DNA from: an uncultured Nitrososphaerales archaeon
GTDB lineage: Archaea > Thermoproteota > Nitrososphaeria > Nitrososphaerales > Nitrososphaeraceae
Assembly (NCBI GenBank): GCA_963713605.1
Contig: CAVQMO010000012.1
Location: 96,001 to 160,000 of the forward strand
Reading direction: 5' to 3'
DNA: 64,000 nt
Shown here: one piece after another, positions 1 through 8,845 of the stretch
Layout of the letters: each line of letters starts with the position of its first letter
How positions within the stretch are numbered: the first letter of the stretch is position 1
Position numbers and translations under genes: made by a program
Notes under the pieces: model-generated
Told to the model about the DNA's origin: nothing
Databases searched by the model: none
The model's input: only the letters and a program-made list of their open reading frames with translations

Positions 1-147
1 TTCGGGTACTTTGACTCCAACAATTGCGTCCCTACAACTTGGGCAAATCTGATAGTAAACGTACATTTGTTTATTGTCCCTGTTCAAGCCTATCGGAAAA
101 TTCCACATTTGAGGGTGAAAACTGGTCTTACAATTTGGACATTCCAT
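1..147 (-). CDS. Zinc-ribbon protein, N-terminal part (runs off the left edge)
   Basis: Hand translation from ATG at 147: MECPNCKTSFHPQMW...YYQICPSCRDAIVGVKVPE, open to position 1, two CPxC motifs. Confidence 0.7.
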   Translation of the reverse strand, partial: MECPNCKTSFHPQMWNFPIGLNRDNKQMYVYYQICPSCRDAIVGVKVPE

Positions 148-288
148 GGAAGTACATATAGCAAATCACATATATAATCCATAAAGCGCACATAATCACA
201 GTTTAGTCAATAACCTGACAGAAGGTAGGCGACCATTATAGAATAGTGCCGGATTTTGCTATCAGTTTGTATTATCGTTATTCAAAAC

Positions 289-452
289 TAAAAGTTTTTC
301 GGTACAATAAAAAGGTAGAACAACCAGGAGGTTGACCAGACATCTGATTGCTTACCTTGTATCCTTTGCGCGACATATTATAAAAAACAGACAATTAGAA
401 AAGGTAGCGCGCGGCCGAGAATTTGTCCAATTGAAAGGAAAGGACTGGCCGC
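289..452 (+). repeat. Non-coding hairpin module A, copy 1
   Basis: 289-327 matches 42119-42157 at 37/39. Stems GGTAC/GTATC (301-305/359-363), AAGGTA/TACCTT (312-317/353-358), GTCC/GGAC (425-428/442-445), GCGGCC/GGCCGC (411-416/447-452). Confidence 0.7.
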
Positions 453-1144
453 CACTACCAAACCATGCCGATTTACGATATGCTCACATTTCATATTATA
501 TTATTATATAATAGGCATTACGGAACTTGGTTATTTGGTATTCCAAATGACATACTGATGGTGGATTGTAAAATTTGAGTGAAAAGAAGGTGATCAATAG
601 ACTACATGTCAGACGCATTGATTGCATACTGCCAGTTGGTTCCTTAAGAGTGATTTAAAGGCCTCAACTACCAGCGACTATTTGCACAACAAAGTGTAAA
701 AGTAGATAGAGAAGGACTGCCTACGTACAAGAATTTAGGAAAGTTGTAGGTGCTCCTTCTCCCTTCTTAGTGACTGCTTGTATTTAATAATACTTGATTA
801 ACTTCGTAAAGTGACAAATTATTGAAAGCACCAACATTAGAGTGATGTTGCAGTACTAATAAAGTATAATTCGAGCAAATAATCGGAAACTGTATCCGAT
901 AAAACATCTCCTTGTCAATGGAATCAATTGACAGTGTAAAAAGAGGACTAAGTATCCTTTCTAGATACTAACGCACACATTGCCCGCAGTTAAAATAATG
1001 AAAATAACTCATAAAAAGACAGACATTATGAAATTGCTTCTTTTAAGTAACCAAAACAACGTAGGCCCTAAGTACGAAGAAGTTTATATTCACAAGCCAA
1101 CATAATAGTGTCCGCAATATGTTGCCACATTCTGTAAATTAGAC

Positions 1145-1675
1145 CTACCCATGGAGGTGTCGGATTGTACTTGCTTGTACTTTGATCGATTGTGGTTCTT
1201 CTTCTTGTTGTTGTCTTGGATGCTTTTCACTTGTCAGTTGGGGGTATATTGCTTTTGCAACCATATTCTTTATTTTAGAATCATCTATCAATGTATCAAC
1301 TAATTTAGAGAATTCTTCCTCTGGTATCACGCCTACTGGATTTGACATCTGGATAGATTCTATTGCCTTGAGTTTCCAGTGGTAACTAAGTACTTTGGAT
1401 GTCGTGATATGAATATCGTATATCATCTTACCCAATAGAGTTAGAGAATATCGGCCATTTTGTCTTCGTATCAGACCAGTTTCTGTTAGCCTTGTTATTC
1501 TAGAGTAGTATTGTCTTGTTGTGAGTCCCAACTTTCGAATTTGAATTTGATGACTATTACTACCACCATTGTCGACATCTGCAGTAATTGCGATAGTATT
1601 GAACAAAACTAATGCTTTGTTGTCAGATAACGCTCCGAAAATATCTTCTATTGATACATTACTTTCCTTTTTCAA
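1145..1675 (-). CDS. Winged helix-turn-helix protein (ArsR-like, thaumarchaeal family)
   Basis: 176 aa; IFGALSDNKALVLF...LGLTTRQYYSRITRLTETGLIRRQNGRYSLTLLG. Confidence 0.75.
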   Translation of the reverse strand: MKKESNVSIEDIFGALSDNKALVLFNTIAITADVDNGGSNSHQIQIRKLGLTTRQYYSRITRLTETGLIRRQNGRYSLTLLGKMIYDIHITTSKVLSYHWKLKAIESIQMSNPVGVIPEEEFSKLVDTLIDDSKIKNMVAKAIYPQLTSEKHPRQQQEEEPQSIKVQASTIRHLHG

Positions 1676-2436
1676 TTCTTGTACACAGATACTTACATCT
1701 GCATTGCTTATCTTCCTTGATGATCTCGCTCAATTGATACCGTTAATCAACTATTTTATACAAGTTATATTTTTTTCAGAAATGGTGGTTTACATATAAA
1801 ACTTTTATAATAATTCATCCAAAAATGCTGATTTTGTATAAACTAGGTTCAAAGTTTTATATTCATGAATTAACCCTATTGAGAGTTGAGGATTCATGCC
1901 TTCTATCGCATCTGCACTCAATTTTAACCCTACCAATCTTTATTATCAGTTTAAATCCACAAATATAAAAGGCTATATTTGAGTTTTCAAACTAATTTCA
2001 CTTTTTTTGGGTAGTCGTCCGCCAATTTAACACCTTAGACCGACTAAGGACTGGCCAGCCAAATCAAATGCATCAGGGGTAGTATTTCGATGCGCCCAGT
2101 TGTAAAGTGTTTTCATTTATACATAATCTTTCAACTTTTCCTTTGCTAGGGTCCACGTTTACTTGGTTTGGGTCCTTGTTTCCGTGCCACCTTTCAGTTT
2201 ATGTTAGTTATTACGTTGATTTCCGACGCCTGTCTTTATATTTTCCAGCATTGAATCCAGTAACTTATAGTCAATTTCCTTCCTCTTTCCTTTAGATACT
2301 ACCGCCTGACGTGACATTTGCCATTTAATGCCGTATAATTAGATATTATGAATAGTCAACATAATGAAACTATGTGATGAAATAAAGGTTAGGTTAGGCA
2401 TGCGTGTAATGAGGGTATCGATATCTACCTGCTGAA

Positions 2437-2610
2437 TGTTCTACTTGTGTGAGAGTAGTCCAGTTACGGAAATTTCATGATAAACTAAAACCCTGTTTAT
2501 AATTTTTTAGGATAGGTAAGGGTTAGTAAGGGTAAATGGATGCGGACAACACAAACGCCCTTACCTATCCTGTGCAGGTATCCATTGAATTTGGTGTCTT
2601 AAAATTAACA
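2437..2610 (+). repeat. 174-bp conserved structured element B, copy 1 (candidate ncRNA or mobile-element end)
   Basis: Aligns ungapped to 42849-43022 with 5 mismatches; perfect 14-bp inverted repeat 2509-2522/2558-2571. Confidence 0.9.
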
Positions 2611-2940
2611 GAACCCATATACTATTGGGATATTTGATTAGTTATTGGCTTAATCATGACATAGCAATATAAGTAAGTGGTTAAGTAACTCTGACCATTG
2701 CCCCTGACCATTTACTGTCGGTTTAGAACCTGATAACTAGAGATTCGCGGCCATAGCGTCGCATTATACTGTGAAAAATTTATAATTTAGACAAGCAAGT
2801 CTAAATCCATCCAGAAGATCATTATGTGAAGTTTGGGATTTGTCCAGCTTCCAATCATCGACTACAACAGCGGTTCGAAATGAGACTATTAGTTGCCGTA
2901 AGGATGGGTGAATCTTGATGAACCTTTTAGACATTAACAT

Positions 2941-3456
2941 TTACTTTATCTTTGATCTCTTGATCTTTTCCTGCAGTAACATAGTCCCCTGTATCAATGT
3001 TTCAGGACGTGGAGGGCAGCCAGGGACATATACATCGACTGGAATGATTCCATCTACACCTGGTAGTACATTATAAGAATCTATGTATAAGCCACCCGTG
3101 ATAGCACACGCACCCATTGCTATAACATATTTAGGCTCAGGCATTTGATCATACACCATCCGTAATCTAGGTGCCATCTTTCTTGTCACAGTTCCCTGTA
3201 CTACTATCAAGTCACATTGTCTAAGTGAGCCAAAAGCTTCAATAATGCCAAATCTTTCAACGTCATATCTTGGACCTGAAGCAGCTCCAAATTCAACACT
3301 GCAACAGGCCGTCTCCAAATGGACTGGCCAGAGGGACCACACTCTACCCCAATTTATAGCGTACCCCAATGGTTTGTCGATAGCCTTCACTAGCACGTCT
3401 CCAAGTCGGCTTACCATGAGATTAAAGTTAGAAGGGTTGAGCAGTTCCGTTTTCAT
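2941..3456 (-). CDS. nuoB: NADH-quinone oxidoreductase subunit B
   Basis: TACCSVE, GTVTRKMAP, MGACAITGG, PVDVYVPGCPPRPE motifs. Confidence 0.95.
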   Translation of the reverse strand: MKTELLNPSNFNLMVSRLGDVLVKAIDKPLGYAINWGRVWSLWPVHLETACCSVEFGAASGPRYDVERFGIIEAFGSLRQCDLIVVQGTVTRKMAPRLRMVYDQMPEPKYVIAMGACAITGGLYIDSYNVLPGVDGIIPVDVYVPGCPPRPETLIQGTMLLQEKIKRSKIK

Positions 3457-3588
3457 ATGGGCTATAATATCACTTTCTTCCAGTACAATTACTCAGGAAT
3501 CATATTTAATAATTGAGGTCACACATCATTAGTTGTCTGATGATTTAGTGGAAAAAAAGGTCTCTGAAGGAAGGCCTTTGTAGTATTC

Positions 3589-3632
3589 ATCGGTTGGTAT
3601 TAAATTCAAATTCAGATCGGTTGGTATTAAAT
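3589..3632. repeat. 17-bp direct repeat with 10-bp spacer
   Basis: ATCGGTTGGTATTAAAT at 3589-3605 and 3616-3632. Confidence 0.85.
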
Positions 3633-4416
3633 GGTATCGAGGCTTGAAGGAGAGTTATAGCAGAACAGATGTAATGCCAGAAGATGAATCAGGTACTTAC
3701 AACTTTTCACAAGAGCAACACGAATAAAGAATATCAATGCCCAACCTGCTATCAAATATACTCATTTGTAACACAAGAGGGCTCACTAACAAGATAACAA
3801 CAATAACCCAACAGATCTTAAATGTTGAATGAAGAGGAACAGATTGTTGATTACAGACTATCCTGGTTCACTTCTCGTTATATGAATATCCTGAAAGATA
3901 ATGTATATTTCAAAGATGGATATAGTATACTAGAACATAAAACTATGACTTAGTGACACATGTTTTACATCTGATTGATAAAGCCTTTCAACGGGATTAT
4001 TCCACATCTGAAAGGACGTTCAAAAAGTATAATATCCTACCTAGACTTGAAATACTAAACATGTCGTCAGAACTACCTCATATTTGGCAGAACGATTTGA
4101 TGAAGGGAATAGAAGATGTTGAGCAAAAGATGATGCTGCTCGTGAACGTATATCGAAAAATCCAAGAGTCATCGCGGATCATGTAAGAGCTTTGGAAAGT
4201 GTTCGTAAAGCCAAGGATGATGTTGCTCATTTTATAGGCGTCTTTAATGACGAATCGAGATGAGTAATAACTAACCCAACTAACTAATGCTATAACTGAA
4301 GCGATAACCTGAATATATCAAGTAATCATTATTAGTTGCTTTCTTGTCTAGAGTCAGTTCCCCTTTCTGTACTTCTTCCCTTATAGAGGAGGGTTCGCCA
4401 AAAGTGGTTGGAGTTT

Positions 4417-4602
4417 TTAGAGTTCATCTAATAGACCTTCTGGATCATGACCTACCAAACTAACACATTTACAATCCATACTTCGACATCTTATCCTCTC
4501 TTCTCCGTCCTCTGTGAAATAATGAATATCCATTGGGTGCTTACAAGTTGGACAAGGATTCTTGTTATCCCCACTGTCTTCATTCTCGATAGCGGCAGTC
4601 AT
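4417..4602 (-). CDS. Small Cys/His zinc-binding protein
   Basis: 61 aa; CPTCKHPMDIH...CRSMDCKC. Confidence 0.55.
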   Translation of the reverse strand: MTAAIENEDSGDNKNPCPTCKHPMDIHYFTEDGEERIRCRSMDCKCVSLVGHDPEGLLDEL

Positions 4603-5309
4603 GCCTCAAAGATTCCTTCGGGAACAACGATTTGACCTTTCAACTTGCAATAACAAAAAGAAAGATAGCACGGTCGTTTCTGCCGCATCGTTTACAGATA
4701 GCCATTTTGATATATTTCCGAGCGTGGAACTAACTAAAAAGGATAGTATATCCTAGCGAATAAATGCATCTCAACCTGAGCATACCTATTGTCATCATAT
4801 TATGGCCGTGAGCACAAGGATTGGGTCTAAGATTGGAGTGAGGCTCGGAGGTATTAGGAACCTTGGAATCCGCGGGTTCGATTACGGTAATATGTGACCA
4901 CTAGTCTTAAATCGTCCTTGTCAGGATTTTGTTATTCTCTAATTAGTAACGCATAGATACTTAACAACTCTGTATGACCTCTAATTATTGGGATGGCTAT
5001 TGACAACGCAACATTACTTCAGGTTAACACTAGCGCCATAGTGGGCATTTTTATCTTCTTAACCTTGCAAGGATTTGGTTCGACTCGATTTAGCCTAATG
5101 CAGACTAGGGCTATGAGTGATCCCATTCGCTTTTTCCGCGATAGCGATACTAATAGGTGAAATCTATTCTTCCTGTCTCGGCAATATTCTATCGGTTCAA
5201 AAACTAAGAGGCAAACGCATCAGATCTTAAATTAGAGCATCGTCTTTTCAGTTATAGGGATAAGGAACAATACACGACGAAGATAGGAAGCCTCTTGCTG
5301 GTTTATTGG

Positions 5310-5705
5310 CTACTTCCATTCCCAAACCTTCAAATGGAAGTTGCCTCCTTCGTCGATGTCCAACTCCCAAACTCCCGGCACGCTATTTAACCTTGCAAAT
5401 TTCGGCGAGGAAGCCTGCCAGATAACTCCACCCCGCCAGCTCGCCTTTAGGTCACTTCCGGTAGGTCGCCCCCTTCCATGAGCCCACACACCTACAATGT
5501 CCCCATCTTTGGTTGTGCAGATTCCATTGAACTCTGCAATCAAGGTTCCTCCATGCGGGGTTGCGACGCCTGTATAGATAGATGAATAGTCTGCACCGAA
5601 CAATTTGCCAGTTCCCTGATAGGTCGCTTCCACTTTTCCGTCGGGGAGTGCCCTTATTCCCGCGAACTTGCCAGTTTCTTCGAATGCTAAATCTCCTAGA
5701 GCCAT
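5310..5705 (-). CDS. Conserved hypothetical all-beta protein
   Basis: 131 aa clean ORF ending LKVWEWK; homologous fragment at about 27850-27965. Confidence 0.75.
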   Translation of the reverse strand: MALGDLAFEETGKFAGIRALPDGKVEATYQGTGKLFGADYSSIYTGVATPHGGTLIAEFNGICTTKDGDIVGVWAHGRGRPTGSDLKASWRGGVIWQASSPKFARLNSVPGVWELDIDEGGNFHLKVWEWK

Positions 5706-6186
5706 GTGACCGTAGAATCGATGCCTGCTATTTATGCGTTCTCAGTTCCCCTAATGAATAGTAATACAATTTCAACAAACTAACAAACCAACTTCCCATC
5801 TAGGAAACATATTGACGATACCGATATCCGTGAGTTTCTTAGATAAATCGCATTCATCTAATCTGACAGGTATTAGACGTATGTTTGATTTAGAAGCATA
5901 ATTAATACAATGGACTGAAATCGGCAAAACATAATTGTCTCTTTCATTTTAATCGGTTAATAACCTCAATTCCATATAATAAACATTTTCTAGTCACGGC
6001 GAACAAGATACCTATTGGCTGTTAATACCAATTAGAGTTTTCTTGAAGTGTTAATTACGCAATTGTTGGGTTTTATTACTAAGGTATAAACCATCCTGTA
6101 TGCGAATCAACTATAGAGTACTTGAGGTACTATAGAGTACCTATCCTCTTGATTGTCGGACTGATATCACCCCATCTCAAACTTTT

Positions 6187-6318
6187 ATCGGTACTGTAGT
6201 ACCGTTCGCTAAATTTTATTGGTTACTCAAGATGAGTACACATCCAATAGCTAATACCTTTGCATATATAGCACCTATCGTGGCAGTCCTTTTGGGATGG
6301 GCTATTCTTGATGAACCT
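6187..6318 (+). pseudogene. EamA transporter C-terminal fragment
   Basis: FYWLLKMSTHPIANTFAYIAPIVAVLLGWAILDEP matches the C-terminus of 7310..8278. Confidence 0.75.
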
Positions 6319-6410
6319 GCAGGTGTGGTTACTAGAGGCCCAAATCTTCCGCGATCTATTAACCCTGGAATCAACAAAAGCCTAAATATTCAAAATGCAG
6401 TGCAACTATG

Positions 6411-6634
6411 TTATGACAATAAGTCCAGAAGAAAGAGAAAGTAGATTGCGTAAGATGAGGAAGGATGGTAAAGATTCCTTGTTGGAACATTATTCTGCAC
6501 TGTTCGTTCAGTTTATGGATGAGGCTAATGCTCTCTTTTCTAGGGGTGACCATGCATCAGCAGCAGACGTCTTAATGAAAGCCACCCTTTATAATAAAAT
6601 GCTGACAGACATTGAAGGTGGTGAAGGCTCCTAA
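6411..6634 (+). CDS. Small hypothetical helical protein
   Basis: ORF 6395..6634, probable start at MTISPEER; start approximate. Confidence 0.4.
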
Positions 6635-6691
6635 ACAAGTCAAAATTATTGCAATCGTAAATATGGGTTAGTGGTTGACTAGTAGATAGAT

Positions 6692-6820
6692 ATGCCGGAA
6701 TGCTATCGGTGTGGTAACAAGAAGATGGAGCGTATCTGGCATATGGAAGATGATAAAACATACTGGCACTGCTACAAGTGCGGTCGTAAGTATAATGCAG
6801 AATGGGATCTAAATGTCTAG
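6692..6820 (+). CDS. 42-aa zinc-ribbon microprotein
   Basis: MPECYRCGNKKMERIWHMEDDKTYWHCYKCGRKYNAEWDLNV, two CxxCG motifs; below the ORF-track cutoff. Confidence 0.65.
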   Translation: MPECYRCGNKKMERIWHMEDDKTYWHCYKCGRKYNAEWDLNV

Positions 6821-7004
6821 ACGTAAGTGCAATTATTGCAATGATGTACCGACTACGGTATATTGTTTTGCTAATTTTAGTGTCATTATTTGTTCTATAG
6901 TAGAGTATTATCATTTCGGTAAAACGTCCATGTTTATGAAGAGTCAATGTTGTTTCTGTGCGCTCTATAAACTGAAACGCTTTTTAACTAGCATATCTCT
7001 GCTA

Positions 7005-7130
7005 ATGGTAATGGTGGGCAAGACATATCAACTGACTTTACCAGGAGATTCTTATCGCATATTCATAGAGGGTCTCAAATCCCCGGTCACCAAAGCTGCC
7101 TACAGCTATGCCCTCCAAAAATACATGAAA
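7005..7130 (+). pseudogene. Tyrosine integrase N-terminal remnant
   Basis: DSYRIFIEGLKSPVTKAAYSYALQKYMK resembles thaumarchaeal integrase N-termini; similarity stops abruptly. Confidence 0.55.
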
Positions 7131-7309
7131 ACCGGAACATTTGAAGTCCTCTACGAAGGAATATTTATCTCAAAAACCCCACTTCAAAACACGCTTTTGA
7201 AACAATGTTTACGTCTACAAACTTTAGAAATAGCTTATCTCTCTTTTTTTCGATTTTTACTTTCAACCCTATCATCGTACGATTCAAACTTATACAAGAC
7301 ATTTGAATA

Positions 7310-8278
7310 TCATAATTTCCCTTTATTTGCAATCAAAACTACTCCAGTCATTATTATCGCGGTAGCGATTATTATCTGTGGAGTGATAGCTTCACTAAGT
7401 ATCGCCCATCCCAAAATAACAGCTACTACTGGACTTACGTAGGCAAAAGTATTGGCTAATGATGCTGAGGTATTTCTAAGAACCCAGAAAAATCCAGCCC
7501 ATCCAACTGAACCCACAGTTATGAGGTACAATAGTGAAGTCATGGACGGCATAGAAATTGCAGATACATGAAAATTCTGTAGCTCGCCTATTGCAATACT
7601 CAATAGAATTAAAAAAATTCCACCTACAAATAACATCATACCAGTTGAAATCAGTATGTTGGTAGGGAGATCTGTTTTAGATGAATACAACGATCCGACT
7701 GACCAGATGATTGCAGCTATTACTAATGCGATTATACCAACAAATTCAAATTCCATTTTAGGAGAATCTATTTCTACAAATTGTGCTGCCAGAGAAGGAA
7801 ATATCAATATAACAAAGCCTACGGTACCTGTAATAACTCCAATTACAGTAAACTTCTTCAGCTTTTCTCTATATACTATTTTCCCAAGTAGTAATACCCA
7901 GATAGGAACTGTCGAGAATAAGAGTGCAGTAACACTAGATGAAAGATATTGCTCGCCCCATGCCAATAGTCCCTGTCCACCAAGTACTAATGCACACCCA
8001 ATAATTGTTGCTTCCTTCCATTGTCTCTTGTTAAATATTGATGCAAGTTTGTACCGATGGCTGACATGAGAATTTTGACCTCGATTAGTCCCAAAGTTGT
8101 TGTTTTGGGAAGGAAGTAGAATGTATACCAGCATAAGAAGCGCACCCGATGATGCATACCTTATTCCAGACATTAAAAATGGAGGGATAGTATCGATCGC
8201 AATTTTTATAGTGATATATGTAGATCCTATAATTACCCAAAGTAATATTAACACCAACCAAACCTTTAACCTAGCCAT
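7310..8278 (-). CDS. EamA/DMT family transporter
   Basis: 322 aa, about 10 TM segments; IIGSTYITIKIAI...PPFL, TFAYVSPVVAVILGWAILSE. Confidence 0.92.
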   Translation of the reverse strand: MARLKVWLVLILLWVIIGSTYITIKIAIDTIPPFLMSGIRYASSGALLMLVYILLPSQNNNFGTNRGQNSHVSHRYKLASIFNKRQWKEATIIGCALVLGGQGLLAWGEQYLSSSVTALLFSTVPIWVLLLGKIVYREKLKKFTVIGVITGTVGFVILIFPSLAAQFVEIDSPKMEFEFVGIIALVIAAIIWSVGSLYSSKTDLPTNILISTGMMLFVGGIFLILLSIAIGELQNFHVSAISMPSMTSLLYLITVGSVGWAGFFWVLRNTSASLANTFAYVSPVVAVILGWAILSEAITPQIIIATAIIMTGVVLIANKGKL

Positions 8279-8546
8279 AGATCGATATCCTTGATAACTA
8301 ATGAGTTCAATTTTGATTTGTTTCTAAAAATTGTTTATATATAATAGTTGTTATGATACCACTTTTAGTTAACATAATCAATTAGATCCCTTTCCCATTC
8401 ACTAACTATACCGTTGTTTCAATGATATATTCAATGTAGAACGGACATAAGTGCAATAAATCAAGGAGTCATAAGGTTGTATGTTGTTAACAAAGGTCTT
8501 ATATCGCATTCAAAACTGGAATTAAGTGTAAATTGATTTAATTACA

Positions 8547-8680
8547 AACATTTTGATAAATGAAATCGATACAATTTGAGAGTGTCTTGGGCCGTTATCT
8601 GATCTAAAGTATGGCGAAAAAATACGCGCTATCGAGAAAGCAGAGCCAATAATGACTACCAGCAAGCTAAGCGGGATAAG
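8547..8680 (+). pseudogene. Fragment of the 183-aa coiled-coil family (third copy)
   Basis: ILINEIDT/ESVLGR/SDLKYGEKIRAIE/ANND over frameshifts, matching 28851..29402. Confidence 0.75.
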
Positions 8681-8845
8681 CCACTAATCAGGATGCAGCA
8701 CAGGATCAAAGATTATTGTTCAATTCTTATATACAAAATTAAGACTGAAACGTTAGTCTAACTCTTCGCATATCTTTAACTAATTATTCCAAATATTGTG
8801 TAATATTCTCAGAATATTTAAATATTTGATAAATCTGAAAGATGC

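Noticed and set aside
4868..4890. tRNA T-loop-like GGGTTCGATT
   Set aside because: No T-stem complement or cloverleaf; the same holds for GTTCGAG at about 23148 and GGTTCAA at about 54471
4354..5752. 11-bp direct repeat TCAGTTCCCCT as target-site duplication
   Set aside because: A repeat this short is plausible by chance, and there are no terminal inverted repeats or transposase
6813..7442. 209-aa ORF as a single gene
   Set aside because: Chimera of a CxxC start, an integrase shard and EamA antisense sequence
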